DNA of 64,000 nucleotides from an uncultured Gemmatimonadales bacterium (GCA_963846545.1 CAWJWG010000001.1:1162055-1226054), one strand, 5' to 3'. Positions 1 to 9,350 are shown, numbered from the stretch's first letter. Numbers and translations are program-made. The notes: generated from the sequence alone by a model not told the origin.

Positions 1-599
1 ACGGCGATGCCGCGGCCCGCGCGCGCGACGACGCTCGGGTGATGCTCGGGTGGGGTGTGGTCGCCCTCAAGCGGGGAGAGTTCCAGGTGGCACAGGGGCG
101 CCTGGCGCGGGCGCGGGAGCTGGTGGGCACCCGGCCGCCGCCGGCGCTCTGGTACTGGGCGAGCACGCTGGTGAGTGCCGGCCTCGACGATCCCGAGGGC
201 GCACGGACCGCCGCTGAAGAGGGGGCGTCGGCCCATCCGGGCAGCGCGGTGCTGCGCAACAACCTCGCCGTCCTGCGGGAGCTCTCCGGAGATGTCGCCG
301 GCGCGGAAACGATGCTGCGCGCCGCGCTCGCGGAGGATCCGTCGCTGCCACAGATCTCCAAGAATCTCGCGGACATCCTCTACCGGAACGGCCGCTACGA
401 GGAGGCGCGGGAAGCGTACGACCGCGCCGCCAAGCTCGCTCCCGACCTGGGGGATGACCTCTACTTCAAGCTCGGCAACATCGCCTACAAGCGGCGCGAC
501 CACGACCGCGCCCGGGAGAGCTGGCGGCGCGCTACCGAGCTCAATCCCGGGCACGAGCTGGCGCGTGCCAATCTCGACATGCTGGGTGTGGCCTCATGA
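1..599 (+). CDS. TPR-repeat protein (5' end outside window)
   Basis: The frame is open from nt 3, with no stop before the listed Met at 39. It has TPR-like helix pairs, e.g. 'ADILYRNGRYEEAREAYDRAAKLAPDLGDDLYFKLGNIAYKRRDHDRARESWRRATELNP'. Its stop overlaps the cheR start (ATGA, 596-599). Confidence 0.6.
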   Translation, partial: GDAAARARDDARVMLGWGVVALKRGEFQVAQGRLARARELVGTRPPPALWYWASTLVSAGLDDPEGARTAAEEGASAHPGSAVLRNNLAVLRELSGDVAGAETMLRAALAEDPSLPQISKNLADILYRNGRYEEAREAYDRAAKLAPDLGDDLYFKLGNIAYKRRDHDRARESWRRATELNPGHELARANLDMLGVAS

Positions 600-1417
600 G
601 CCCGAACGACGATCCGGGGTTCGAGGCGCTCGCGCGGAAGATCTCCTCGGGCTCGGGGTTCGCCGTGGAGGGGTACAAGGACAAGTGCGTCCGCCGACGG
701 ATTGCCGTCCGGATGCGGGCGTGCGGCGTGCACACCTACGCGGACTACCAGGCGCTGCTCGACCGGAGCCCCACGGAGTACGAGCGGCTCCGCGACGCCC
801 TGACGATCAACGTCACCCGCTTCTATCGCAACGCGGAAACCTGGAACCTGTTGCGCCGGGATCTCATCCCCCGTCTGTTCGACGGGGCCCAGGGCGGCAT
901 CCGGATCTGGAGCGCGGGATGCTCCTCCGGTGAGGAGGCGTACACCATCGCGATACTCGCCGCCGAGCACCTCGACCGCCTGGGCAGGGGCTTCGAGCTG
1001 GAGCGCTTGGTCGTGGATGCAACCGACGTGGATCGCCTGAGCCTGGAGCGGGCGGAGGCCGCACGCTATCGCCCCGAGGCGCTCACCGAGATGCCGCCCG
1101 AGCTGGTCGGGCGATATCTCGCGCCGGCGGGGCCGGAACTCCAGATCGTTCCCAGAATTCGCTCGCGCGTGGCCGTGCGCCGGCTCGACCTCAGCTCGGG
1201 CCGTCCGCCGCGGAACGACTATCACATGGTGGTCTGCCGCAACGTGCTGATCTACTTCGATCGTCCGATGCAGGAGCGGCTCTTCCAGCTCTTCACCGAC
1301 AGTCTGGCGCCCGGCGGGTACCTGGTGCTGGGGAAGGTGGAGTCCCTCTTCGGGTCGATCCGCGACCGGTTGGTGATGGTGGATCCGCGTGAGCGCGTGT
1401 ATCGGCGGCCCGCGTGA
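596..1417 (+). CDS. cheR: Chemotaxis protein-glutamate O-methyltransferase CheR
   Basis: 273 aa with the CheR N-terminal helical region ('CVRRRIAVRMRACG') and SAM-MTase motifs 'IRIWSAGCSSGEEAYTIAIL' and 'VVCRNVLIYFD'. It sits directly upstream of cheD and cheB. Confidence 0.9.
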   Translation: MSPNDDPGFEALARKISSGSGFAVEGYKDKCVRRRIAVRMRACGVHTYADYQALLDRSPTEYERLRDALTINVTRFYRNAETWNLLRRDLIPRLFDGAQGGIRIWSAGCSSGEEAYTIAILAAEHLDRLGRGFELERLVVDATDVDRLSLERAEAARYRPEALTEMPPELVGRYLAPAGPELQIVPRIRSRVAVRRLDLSSGRPPRNDYHMVVCRNVLIYFDRPMQERLFQLFTDSLAPGGYLVLGKVESLFGSIRDRLVMVDPRERVYRRPA

Positions 1418-1902
1418 CCGGGCGGGAGATCGTCGTCCGCGTGGCCGACCTGCAGGTCGGCACGCTGGGCGACCAGCTGGTGACGGTCGGCCTCGGGAGC
1501 TGCATTGCGGTCGTCCTGTACGACGCGACGGCCCACGTGGGCGGGCTCGCGCACGTCCTGTTGCCCTCGCCCGCGCTGAGCCGTCACGACGGCAACCCCG
1601 CGAAATCGCCCCACACGGCGGTGCCCAGATTGTTGGAGCTGATGGCCGCCCAAGGCGCGAGTCAGCGGCGGATCACCGCTCGGCTGGCCGGCGGCGCCAG
1701 CATGTTCGCGGCCCTCGCCCCACCCGGCACGATCCAGATGGGGGAGCGGAACGTCGTCGCCTCACGGCAGGTGCTCAACGCGCACGGCATTCCGCTGGTC
1801 GGCGAAGCGGTCGGCGGCGACTACGGCCGCACGGTCCGGCTCGATTGCGCGGCAGGAAGCCTCGAGGTCCGTTCGGTGGCGCATGGCATCCAGACGATCT
1901 GA
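1414..1902 (+). CDS. cheD: Chemoreceptor glutamine deamidase CheD
   Basis: 162 aa with the motifs '[12 protein letters not shown]' and 'GGLAHVLLP' that are typical of CheD. The GTG start overlaps the cheR stop (GTGA). Confidence 0.85.
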   Translation: MTGREIVVRVADLQVGTLGDQLVTVGLGSCIAVVLYDATAHVGGLAHVLLPSPALSRHDGNPAKSPHTAVPRLLELMAAQGASQRRITARLAGGASMFAALAPPGTIQMGERNVVASRQVLNAHGIPLVGEAVGGDYGRTVRLDCAAGSLEVRSVAHGIQTI

Positions 1903-2959
1903 CTCGCACACCGTCCTGGTGGTGGACGACAGCCCATTCTTCCGGCGGCTTTTGACCGACGTCGTGGATGGCACCGGCGAGTTCTCGGTAGTGGCCACGG
2001 CGCGGAACGGGATGGATGCGCTCAAGAAGGTGCATGCGCACACGCCCGACGTCGTGCTGATGGACCTCGAGATGCCCGAGCTCGACGGGTTGGGCGCGAT
2101 CGGGTACATCATGTCCGAATCGCCGCGACCGATCGTGGTGGTCAGCTCCTACGCCGGTCCGGGTACGGCCGCGGCGATTCGCGCCCTCGAGCTCGGGGCC
2201 GTGGACCTGGTGGCCAAGGAAGAAGACCGGTCCGAGGAGGCGTCCCACCGCCTGGCGGACCGCCTCCTCTCGGCGCTCCGGGCGGCACGGTCCGCCGACA
2301 TCCATCGGCTTCCCGTCCTGGCGCGTCCCTCCCGCGGCGGGCCGCCCGCGGCCCTGTTCGCCCTGCCGGGCCGGGCTCGTTCCTGCGTGGCCATCGCCGC
2401 CTCGACCGGCGGGCCCCGTGCCCTGGCTGAGTTGGTTCCGCAGCTCCCACGCGGGTTGGAGGCGGGCGTGCTCGTCGTACAGCATATGCCGCCCAGATTC
2501 ACGCGCAGCCTTGCCGAGCGGCTGGCGGCGCAGAGTCGCATTGCGGTCGTGGAGGCGGACCACGACACGCCCTTCCTGTCCGACACCGCCTACGTCGCGC
2601 CGGGCGACTATCACATGCGTGTGGTTCGCGGACCGGACGGCCCGAGGATCGAGCTGAACCAGGAGCCGAGCGTCTGGGGGGTGCGGCCGGCGGCCGACCC
2701 GTTGTTCCGGAGCGTCGCGGCTCTCTACGGCCGTCGCGCGGTCGGCGTGGTGCTCACCGGCCTGGGCCGGGACGGCGCCGACGGCCTTCGGAAGCTGCGG
2801 GATGCCGGCGGAATCGGTATCGCACAGGATCGGGAGACCTCCACGATCTTCGGAATGCCCAATGCGGCGTTCCAGGCCGGTGGGGCGAGCGTCGTCCTTC
2901 CCGTCGGCCAGATCGCCGGCCGTGTCGCCGACGAGCTCGGCCGGATGGTCCCACGATGA
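1883..2959 (+). CDS. cheB: Chemotaxis response regulator protein-glutamate methylesterase CheB
   Basis: 358 aa with an N-terminal receiver domain ('[11 protein letters not shown]...[14 protein letters not shown]') and a C-terminal methylesterase domain ('[11 protein letters not shown]', 'VVQHMP', '[10 protein letters not shown]', 'STIFGMP'). Confidence 0.9.
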   Translation: MASRRSDSHTVLVVDDSPFFRRLLTDVVDGTGEFSVVATARNGMDALKKVHAHTPDVVLMDLEMPELDGLGAIGYIMSESPRPIVVVSSYAGPGTAAAIRALELGAVDLVAKEEDRSEEASHRLADRLLSALRAARSADIHRLPVLARPSRGGPPAALFALPGRARSCVAIAASTGGPRALAELVPQLPRGLEAGVLVVQHMPPRFTRSLAERLAAQSRIAVVEADHDTPFLSDTAYVAPGDYHMRVVRGPDGPRIELNQEPSVWGVRPAADPLFRSVAALYGRRAVGVVLTGLGRDGADGLRKLRDAGGIGIAQDRETSTIFGMPNAAFQAGGASVVLPVGQIAGRVADELGRMVPR

Positions 2960-3378
2960 GCGCGGAAGGGTGGCTGCTGGTGCGCGCCGGCGGCCGGCGT
3001 GTCGGCCTTGCCCTCTCGCAGGTGATCGAGGTCGTGGATCTCGGCCCGGTCTACCACGTCCCGTCCACTGAGCCGGCGGTCCGCGGAGTGACGGCGTCGC
3101 GCGGCCGCCTGGTCCCGCTGGTGCATCTGGGCGCGTTGCTCGATGGCGCATCACCTGCGTGCGGCGGAGGGACGGCCGTGCTGGTGCAGCTGGCCGGGAG
3201 ACGGGTGTGCCTCGAGGTGGATGACGCGGAGGAAGTGCTCCGTGATGCCGGACTTCCCGTGCCGCCCGACGTCTCCCTGCCGTACGCGGTGGCGGTGGCT
3301 CGGCAGGAGAGTGGACTCGTTCCGCTGCTGGACCTCACCGCGGTCGGTGACCGCATCACGGAAACGGCGACGTCATGA
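2956..3378 (+). CDS. CheW-like coupling protein (divergent)
   Basis: 140 aa of CheW-domain size and pattern ('[20 protein letters not shown]', '[19 protein letters not shown]'). It overlaps cheB through an ATGA. Confidence 0.65.
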   Translation: MSAEGWLLVRAGGRRVGLALSQVIEVVDLGPVYHVPSTEPAVRGVTASRGRLVPLVHLGALLDGASPACGGGTAVLVQLAGRRVCLEVDDAEEVLRDAGLPVPPDVSLPYAVAVARQESGLVPLLDLTAVGDRITETATS

Positions 3379-3839
3379 GTGCGGCCGACGACATCCAGGT
3401 CGTGACTTTCCGCGTAGGCCCGCAGGAGTTCGCGTTCGATATCCTGCAGATCGAGCGCATCCTCCGGTACGAGCCGCCCGCGCGGTTGCCCCAGGCGCCG
3501 CCGTTCCTGGAGGGCGTGGTCCAGTACGGAGAGGGCGCCGTTCCGGTCGTGGACCTTCGCAAGCGGTTCGAGCTCGACGCGGCGATTCGCGACGAGACCA
3601 GGCTGATGATCGTGGACCTCGGTGACCAGCGGGTCGGCGTGCTGGTGGACGAGGTGCGGGAGGTGCTGCGTGTGGACAGTCGGACGATCACGGCACCGGG
3701 GCCCGTGGTCAGCGGCCTCGCCGCCGCCTACATCTCCGGTCTCATCACCCGGCCCGGCCGCACCATCATCATCCTGAACGGACGGAAGCTCCTCTCCTCC
3801 ACCGAGCGCCTCGCGCTCAGCGCGATCGGGAGCACCTGA
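3375..3839 (+). CDS. cheW: Chemotaxis coupling protein CheW
   Basis: 154 aa with the pattern 'VVTFRVGPQEFAFDILQIERI...PPFLEGVVQYGEGAVPVVDLRKRF...MIVDLGDQRVGVLVDEV', a canonical CheW domain. Confidence 0.85.
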   Translation: MSAADDIQVVTFRVGPQEFAFDILQIERILRYEPPARLPQAPPFLEGVVQYGEGAVPVVDLRKRFELDAAIRDETRLMIVDLGDQRVGVLVDEVREVLRVDSRTITAPGPVVSGLAAAYISGLITRPGRTIIILNGRKLLSSTERLALSAIGST

Positions 3840-3841
3840 GC

Positions 3842-4729
3842 ATGTCTGACTCGCTCGTCGCCGGACTCCGGCAGCAGTACACCCACGTCGAGGGCCGGCT
3901 CGATGCCGCTCAGGACTCGACCGCGCGCGAGGAAGTGAAGCGCGAGATCATCGCGTTGTTCAAGCGGGTGGATGGCGCGCTGACCGAACTGGGGCAGTTG
4001 AAGGACGGCATCCGCGGGCTGGCGGAGAAGTACAAGCAGTTGAACAACGCGGCGGGAGCGGCCCCCTCGGGACCGGCCCCTGCGCCGCAGTTCACCGGTG
4101 CCCGCCCGGCCGTCCAGGCGGACCATCTCGGCGCTTCCACCTTCATCGAGAAGGGATGGAGCCTGATCTCACTCGGCGACCACGCCGGCGCGATCCAGGC
4201 ATTGGAGAAAGCGCTCGCGCTGTCGCCCGGGGCGATTCAAGCCCAATCCCTCCTCGGCTGGGCGCAGATGCTCCACGAGGACTACGACGATGCGCTAGGC
4301 ACCTTTTCGAAGGTGCTGATGAAGGAGCCCGCCAACGCGCTGGCTCGGATCAACGTGGGCTACATCTGCCTCAAGAAGCGGATCTTCGGTGAGGCGATCG
4401 AGCACCTGTCCAAGGCGATCCGGCTCGACAACGACCGGAAGGCCACCCTCTATGCACACTATTATCTTGGACTGGTGTACCTCGAGCGCGAGATGTACGA
4501 GGACGCGCAGACGTTCTTCCGGAAGACGCTCGCGCTCGGGCCCAACCTGATCGAAGCGTACTTCGACCTCGGCCGCGCGCAGTGGTTCACCGGCGACAAG
4601 GATGGGGCCCGGCAGACCTGGGCCGAAGGGCACAAGGCGAACAAGTTCAACCCCTGGGCCAAGCGCTGCCAGGAAATGCTGGATCTGGTGGGCGCTGGAG
4701 GTGAAGTCCCGCGCAGTATGCCTTCCTGA
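3842..4729 (+). CDS. Coiled-coil + TPR-repeat protein
   Basis: 295 aa. The N-terminus is a charged helical region, followed by an Ala/Pro linker and then several TPR units ('GDHAGAIQALEKALALSPGAIQAQSLLGWA', 'YEDAQTFFRKTLALGPNLIEAYFDLGRA'). It starts 2 nt after the cheW stop. Confidence 0.7.
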   Translation: MSDSLVAGLRQQYTHVEGRLDAAQDSTAREEVKREIIALFKRVDGALTELGQLKDGIRGLAEKYKQLNNAAGAAPSGPAPAPQFTGARPAVQADHLGASTFIEKGWSLISLGDHAGAIQALEKALALSPGAIQAQSLLGWAQMLHEDYDDALGTFSKVLMKEPANALARINVGYICLKKRIFGEAIEHLSKAIRLDNDRKATLYAHYYLGLVYLEREMYEDAQTFFRKTLALGPNLIEAYFDLGRAQWFTGDKDGARQTWAEGHKANKFNPWAKRCQEMLDLVGAGGEVPRSMPS

Positions 4730-4794
4730 AGGTTCTCGCCCCGATTCTCCTCGGGGCCTCGCTGCTGACAACCAGCCAGGGCACTCCCACATCC

Positions 4795-5631
4795 GTGCAG
4801 GTCGGACCGGTGACCGCCGTCGCGTGGCCCGCCCAGATGCCTCTCGCCCGCGACTTGGCGGTGATGGCCGGTGCCACGGCCGAGTGGCCGGGGTTGGGAC
4901 GGGTCACCCCGAGCCCGCTCCGGCTCGTCGTAGTCCCTGACGGCCGGCGCCTCGATTCGCTGACGCTGGGCCGCGCTCCCCGGTGGGGTGCCGCGGTGGC
5001 GCTGCCCGGGCCACGGACGATCGTGATCCGGGCTGACGGCGAGGATCTCCCACGCACGCTGCGTCACGAGCTGGCCCATCTGGCTCTTCACGAGGCGGTG
5101 CAGGTCCGCGTACCGCTGTGGTTCGATGAAGGGTACGCCGGGTGGGCTGCAGCGGAGTGGGAGCGTTTCGGCGTGCTGGAGCTCAACCTCGCGGTGGCGC
5201 GTGGCGCGCTCCCCGACCTCCGGGCGCTCGATGGGGCATTGCGTGGAACTGCGACGAGCGCGGATGCGGCATACGCGCTCGCCGTCTCCGCAGTGACCGA
5301 TCTCGCGCGCCGAAATCCTACGGGTACGCTCGCCCCGCTGCTCGGCCGGCTGGCCGCAGGTGAGGACTTCGAGGCAGCCGTGCTGGCCACCACGGGGCTC
5401 ACGCTGGAGCGGTTCGAGGAGTCATGGCAACAATCCGTCCGGCGCCGCTACGGCCTTTCTACATGGCTCCTGGCCGGGGGCGGGTGGGCACTGATCGCCG
5501 TGGCCGTCCTCGGATTAGTACACTTTCGCCGCCGGGCCGATCGGGCGCGGCGCGCCGCGCTCGATCAGGGGTGGGAAATAGAGCCGGAACCCGTGGACGG
5601 ACCTGAACTTGACCCGACCCAGTTCCGGTGA
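4795..5631 (+). CDS. Peptidase-MA-like HExxH protein with a C-terminal TM helix
   Basis: The motif 'RHELAHLALHEAVQVRVPLWFDEGYAGWAA' (HExxH followed by WxxEG) resembles the peptidase_MA_2 type. There is a C-terminal hydrophobic helix, 'LLAGGGWALIAVAVLGLVHF'. The listed start is GTG 4795, but the frame is open upstream and encodes a signal-peptide-like stretch (see findings). Confidence 0.55.
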   Translation: MQVGPVTAVAWPAQMPLARDLAVMAGATAEWPGLGRVTPSPLRLVVVPDGRRLDSLTLGRAPRWGAAVALPGPRTIVIRADGEDLPRTLRHELAHLALHEAVQVRVPLWFDEGYAGWAAAEWERFGVLELNLAVARGALPDLRALDGALRGTATSADAAYALAVSAVTDLARRNPTGTLAPLLGRLAAGEDFEAAVLATTGLTLERFEESWQQSVRRRYGLSTWLLAGGGWALIAVAVLGLVHFRRRADRARRAALDQGWEIEPEPVDGPELDPTQFR

Positions 5632-5846
5632 TAGCCTCAAGCCCTATGTCCAGCGTCCGGCCCTCGGCCCCGGCACCCGCGCCCCGGCGATTCCTGCTCG
5701 CCCGGCGGAACCTCCTGATCCTCGCTGCGGCCGTTCTGGTCCTCGCGGCGGGGTACGCCACGCTCGTGGCCGGCCACCCGAGCGCGGCGGCGGTGATTCT
5801 GGTGCTGGGCTACTGCGTGCTCTTTCCGCTCGGAATTGCTCTCTGA
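5628..5846 (+). CDS. Small membrane protein (two predicted TM helices)
   Basis: 72 aa with the hydrophobic stretches 'LLILAAAVLVLAAGYATLVAG' and 'AAVILVLGYCVLFPLGIAL'. It overlaps the upstream stop through a GTGA. No family was recognised. Confidence 0.4.
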   Translation: MIASSPMSSVRPSAPAPAPRRFLLARRNLLILAAAVLVLAAGYATLVAGHPSAAAVILVLGYCVLFPLGIAL

Positions 5847-5917
5847 CGTAGCGTGTTGTTCATCACGGCACGGTCCCTGCGCATGCGGTATCTGAAGGGG
5901 GTCTGTGCCGGACATTG

Positions 5918-5992
5918 GGGCGAATAGCTCAGCCGGTTCAGAGCGCCTGCCTTACACGCAGGATGTCGGGGGTTCGAATCCCTCTTCGCCCA
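5918..5992 (+). tRNA. tRNA-Val (anticodon TAC)
   Basis: Hand-folded cloverleaf. The acceptor stem pairs GGGCGAA with TTCGCCC and the discriminator is A. The D-arm is 'TAGCTCAGCCGGTTCAGAGC', the anticodon arm is CCTGC-CTTACAC-GCAGG, and the T-arm is GGGGG-TTCGAAT-CCCTC. CCA is not encoded. Confidence 0.9.
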
Positions 5993-6061
5993 TTCGCACC
6001 CGCGTCGTTACACGCGGTCGTTGTCGGTCCTGGCGGACCGTTCCTTAGGGGAGGCAATCGC

Positions 6062-7897
6062 ATGTTTCTGCTCCGTCTTGTCACCCTCGTGGCCGTGGGT
6101 GGAGCGCTGTCCGCGCCGCTGGCGGCTCAGGGCATCCCGCGCAACGCCCGCACGAGCACGGTGAATCTCTCGCCTCGGTTCATGGTCGCGAACCCGTTCG
6201 CATTCGCCCCAGCCGACTCCGCGCCCTCCGTGGCGATCGGCGGCGGCCTCCGCGAGGAGATGAAAGACGTCGTCGGTCGCGATTTCCAGGTCGTCGAGCA
6301 GCAGCAGATGAATGACGCCCTGACCCAGTACGGCTATCCCAAGGATGCGATCCTGAGCCCCGCGCTCGCGACCACCCTCGCCAAGAACATCCAGGCGCGG
6401 TTCCTCGTCGTCTCCACGATGGCGAAGGGGCCGGGTGGCCGGTACACCGTCACGGGCCGTCTGCTCGGCGTGAATGACGACGCCGGCAACGTCGTGACCC
6501 TGGCTCAGAATCAGGGCGAGAGCCCGCAGGCGTTCGGCAAGCGGGTCGCGGAGGCGCTCAGTCCGTTGGTGAAATCACTGCCTGACGCGAAGTCGTGCAT
6601 CGACCAGCGCACCAGCAAGCCGGACAAGGCGCTGGATGCAGCCAACAAGGCGATCAAGGCCGCGCCCAACCACGGTCTCGCGCACTACTGCCTGGCCCTC
6701 CTCGCGCAGGACAAGAAGGCGCCGCGAGGCGACGTGGTGAAGCATCTGCAGGCCTCCGCCAAGGGCGATCCGCTCAGCCTGCCCGTGTGGACCGCGCTGG
6801 CCACCCAGTACCAGCAGGCGAACGACACGACGAACACGCTGCTCGCCTTCAAGCAGATGCTTCGCGTCGCGCCGACCAACCAGAAGCTGCGCGAGGAGCT
6901 GTTCAAGTACTTCCTGCAGTCGGGCCATCCGGAGACGGCGCTCGAGGTGGCGGACGAGGGACTCAAGATCGATCCGTACAACGCGGACCTGTACGACCTG
7001 AAGAGCAACGCGTGCCTGTTCCTGAGCAACTTCAAGTGCGCTGTCGACGCGCTGGAGACGATGTACGCCACGGACTCCACTAAGGCCGACACGCTCTTCT
7101 TCACCAAGATCTCCGCGGCCGCCGCGGAGGGTGAGAAGCCGGACACGCTGCGCCTCCTCAAGTGGGCGCAGCTCGGGGTCAAGAAGTATCCCGACAACCC
7201 CACGCTGCTGGGCTACCTGAACCGGGGCTATTCGATGACCGGACAGGTGGACAGCGTCGTCGCGGTGACCAACAAGATGATCGCCAAGGACACGACCGCG
7301 ATCGTTCCGGCCCTCGAGGCGGCGCAGGCCCTGGTCAACGCTACGCAGGGCGGGGCCGCGCCGACGCCCACCGCGCCGACGGATACGACCAAGCGCACCG
7401 GCACGACGCCGGCGCCGAGCAAGACCGACACGACGGCTCGGAAGGATTCGACCGTTGTCGGGGCGTCACGCGCCAAGGAAGCGCTGCCTTTCCTGGAGTA
7501 CGCCATCAAGTACGGCGATGCCCAGGCCAAGGAGAACGCCGCCGCGCTCCTGTATACCGGCGGTGCCAAGCTCCTCCAGCAACCGCAGGATCTGGCCGGC
7601 GCGGCTCAGCTGCTCCAGCGCGCCGTCCAGTCGGCCAACCCGACGGGCAAGGTGGGACCTGCGTCGAACTACCTGCTCGGCCTGGCGACCCTGTTCCAGG
7701 TGCCGCAGCTCGATCCGCAGGCCGAAAAGGGGAAGTCCTGCGACCTGGCCAAGCAGATGGATAGTCTGCTGACCCTGTCGGACACCGCGCTCAAGCAGGG
7801 CCGCACGGTGAACCCGGAAGCGGTGGACAAGAACCTGGGCATCATCAAGCAGTACAAGCCCCGGGTTGCCTCGATGACCAAGTCCTATTGCAAGTAA
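6062..7897 (+). CDS. Secreted TPR-repeat protein
   Basis: The ATG at 6062 gives the signal peptide 'MFLLRLVTLVAVGGALSAPLAAQG', preceded by GGGGAGG. The listed start at 5915 would run through tRNA-Val. The central part is TPR-like ('NHGLAHYCLALLAQDKK', 'ETALEVADEGLKIDPYNADLYDLKSNA'). Confidence 0.7.
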   Translation: MFLLRLVTLVAVGGALSAPLAAQGIPRNARTSTVNLSPRFMVANPFAFAPADSAPSVAIGGGLREEMKDVVGRDFQVVEQQQMNDALTQYGYPKDAILSPALATTLAKNIQARFLVVSTMAKGPGGRYTVTGRLLGVNDDAGNVVTLAQNQGESPQAFGKRVAEALSPLVKSLPDAKSCIDQRTSKPDKALDAANKAIKAAPNHGLAHYCLALLAQDKKAPRGDVVKHLQASAKGDPLSLPVWTALATQYQQANDTTNTLLAFKQMLRVAPTNQKLREELFKYFLQSGHPETALEVADEGLKIDPYNADLYDLKSNACLFLSNFKCAVDALETMYATDSTKADTLFFTKISAAAAEGEKPDTLRLLKWAQLGVKKYPDNPTLLGYLNRGYSMTGQVDSVVAVTNKMIAKDTTAIVPALEAAQALVNATQGGAAPTPTAPTDTTKRTGTTPAPSKTDTTARKDSTVVGASRAKEALPFLEYAIKYGDAQAKENAAALLYTGGAKLLQQPQDLAGAAQLLQRAVQSANPTGKVGPASNYLLGLATLFQVPQLDPQAEKGKSCDLAKQMDSLLTLSDTALKQGRTVNPEAVDKNLGIIKQYKPRVASMTKSYCK

Positions 7898-7916
7898 TCG
7901 GTCCAGCTTCGGACCA

Positions 7917-7957
7917 CTCGGCCCCGCTCGCTCCGCGAGTGGGGCCGAGGTGTTTTC
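7917..7957 (+). terminator. Intrinsic terminator after the TPR gene
   Basis: A roughly 15-bp stem, CTCGGCCCCGCTCGC / GCGAGTGGGGCCGAG (one G-U pair), closes a 3-nt loop and is followed by GTGTTTTC. Confidence 0.6.
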
Positions 7958-8006
7958 GACCCTACCACCAATCCCCGCCTTGCCCTATATTCCGCCCGCG
8001 TTGCTG

Positions 8007-8081
8007 GGGGCTGTAGCTCAGCTTGGTTAGAGTGCCGCACTGTCACTGCGGAGGTCGCGGGTTCGAGCCCCGTCAGCCCCG
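8007..8081 (+). tRNA. tRNA-Asp (anticodon GTC)
   Basis: The acceptor stem pairs GGGGCTG with CAGCCCC and the discriminator is G. It has 'TAGCTCAGCTTGGTTAGAG', the anticodon arm CCGCA-CTGTCAC-TGCGG and the T-arm GCGGG-TTCGAGC-CCCGT. Confidence 0.9.
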
Positions 8082-8100
8082 CTCCCGTCTTCGAGGCTAC

Positions 8101-8135
8101 ACCCCGTCCCCGTGTGGGCGGGGTGTTGCGTTTCC
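8101..8135 (+). terminator. Terminator-like hairpin after tRNA-Asp
   Basis: ACCCCG(T)CCC pairs with GGGCGGGGT (one bulge), followed by the T-containing tail GTTGCGTTTCC. The U-tract is weak. Confidence 0.35.
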
Positions 8136-8152
8136 ATCCCACGAGCTGCCCG

Positions 8153-9073
8153 ATGGACCAACCGATAACGTCCTATCATGTGCCCGTCCTGGTCGAGCCG
8201 GTCATCGCGGCGGCCCGTGGTGCCACGCGCGCGGTGGACGCGACCCTGGGCGGCGGAGGGCATGCGGAAGCGCTGCGCGAGGCCGGCATGGAAGTTCTCG
8301 GCATCGACCGCGACCCGGATGCGATCGGGTTCGCGCGGGCGAGGCTGGGGGAGCGGGGGATGCGCTATCTCCAATCGGCCTATGACGCGAGCGAGGCACT
8401 CGACGCGGTCGCGGCCTGGAGGCCGGAGCTCATTCTCATCGACCTGGGCGTGTCCTCGCACCAATTGGATGCGACCGGTCGCGGATTTACCTTCCGACCG
8501 GGTGCTCCACTCGACATGCGGATGGATGGGAAAGGGACGTCGGCCGCCGACCTCCTGAACGAAGCGGATGCGGCGACGCTGGAGCGTGTATTCGCCGACT
8601 TCGGCGACGAACGGCGTGCGCGCCGACTCGCCGCCGAGATCACACGACGGCGCGCGCGCGCCCCGTTCGCGATCAGCGATGATCTGGTCAACGCGATCCG
8701 TGCCACCCTGGGCGCACGAGCCGGTCCGTCGGAGTTCGCCCGACTGTTCCAGGCGGTACGGATCGCAGTCAACGAGGAGCTGGCCGGACTCGAGCGCGCG
8801 TTGCCGGCCTTTCGCGGCGCTCTCGTGGAGGGCGGCCGGCTCGCGATCATCACCTATCACTCGGGTGAGGATCGTCTGGTGAAGCTGGCTTTTCGCGAGT
8901 GGGCCAGCGCGTGCGTTTGTCCGCCCCGGCAGCCGATCTGCACCTGCCGCGGACGGTCGCTCGGCAAGCTCGAGCCCCGCAAACCCATCGTGCCATCGGA
9001 CGAGGAAATCGCGTCGAACCCGCGAGCCCGGAGCGCCAAGCTGCGCATCTTCCGAGTCGAGCATGCGGCTTAA
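8153..9073 (+). CDS. rsmH: 16S rRNA (cytosine1402-N4)-methyltransferase RsmH (MraW)
   Basis: 'YHVPVLVEPV...VDATLGGGGHAEALRE...IDLGVSSHQLD...RGFTFR...SGEDRLVK' matches RsmH. I prefer the ATG at 8153 to 8114, because 8114 lies inside the preceding hairpin. Confidence 0.9.
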   Translation: MDQPITSYHVPVLVEPVIAAARGATRAVDATLGGGGHAEALREAGMEVLGIDRDPDAIGFARARLGERGMRYLQSAYDASEALDAVAAWRPELILIDLGVSSHQLDATGRGFTFRPGAPLDMRMDGKGTSAADLLNEADAATLERVFADFGDERRARRLAAEITRRRARAPFAISDDLVNAIRATLGARAGPSEFARLFQAVRIAVNEELAGLERALPAFRGALVEGGRLAIITYHSGEDRLVKLAFREWASACVCPPRQPICTCRGRSLGKLEPRKPIVPSDEEIASNPRARSAKLRIFRVEHAA

Positions 9074-9350
9074 GGGACGCCACTGGCTGATGGTCTGGCT
9101 GGTGGTCTTCGTCTGCGTGCTCCTCGCCATCGCCGCGCGCCAGAGCGCGGGCTTCGCCACCGCCCGCCACCTCGGCGAGCTGCGCGAGGAACGGCTGTCG
9201 CTCGACGCCCGCCGGGCGGAGCTGGCGCGACAGGTGCGCGAGGCATCGAGCCGGCAGGTGCTGGTGCCCCTGGCTGAACGCACACTTGGACTTCACCTGC
9301 CGACCGACGACGAGTTCCGGCTGCTCCCAGTCCCTTCGGTCCGCCCCTGA
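9063..9350 (+). CDS. ftsL: Cell-division protein FtsL
   Basis: 95 aa with a single TM helix ('WLMVWLVVFVCVLLAIAA') followed by a coiled coil. It sits between rsmH and ftsI. Confidence 0.7.
   Translation: MRLKGRHWLMVWLVVFVCVLLAIAARQSAGFATARHLGELREERLSLDARRAELARQVREASSRQVLVPLAERTLGLHLPTDDEFRLLPVPSVRP

Noticed and set aside
1775-3154. A 459-aa ORF on the minus strand, antisense to cheB and cheW.
   Set aside because: It is Arg/Gly/Pro-rich with no recognisable motif, and it is completely overlapped by strongly supported + strand genes. This is the stop-poor antisense frame typical of very GC-rich DNA.
5918-8081. A tRNA-Val ... tRNA-Asp flanked segment as a possible integrated island.
   Set aside because: It holds a single TPR gene with a native-looking signal peptide and terminator. 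There is no integrase, no direct repeat of a tRNA 3' end and no visible compositional break.
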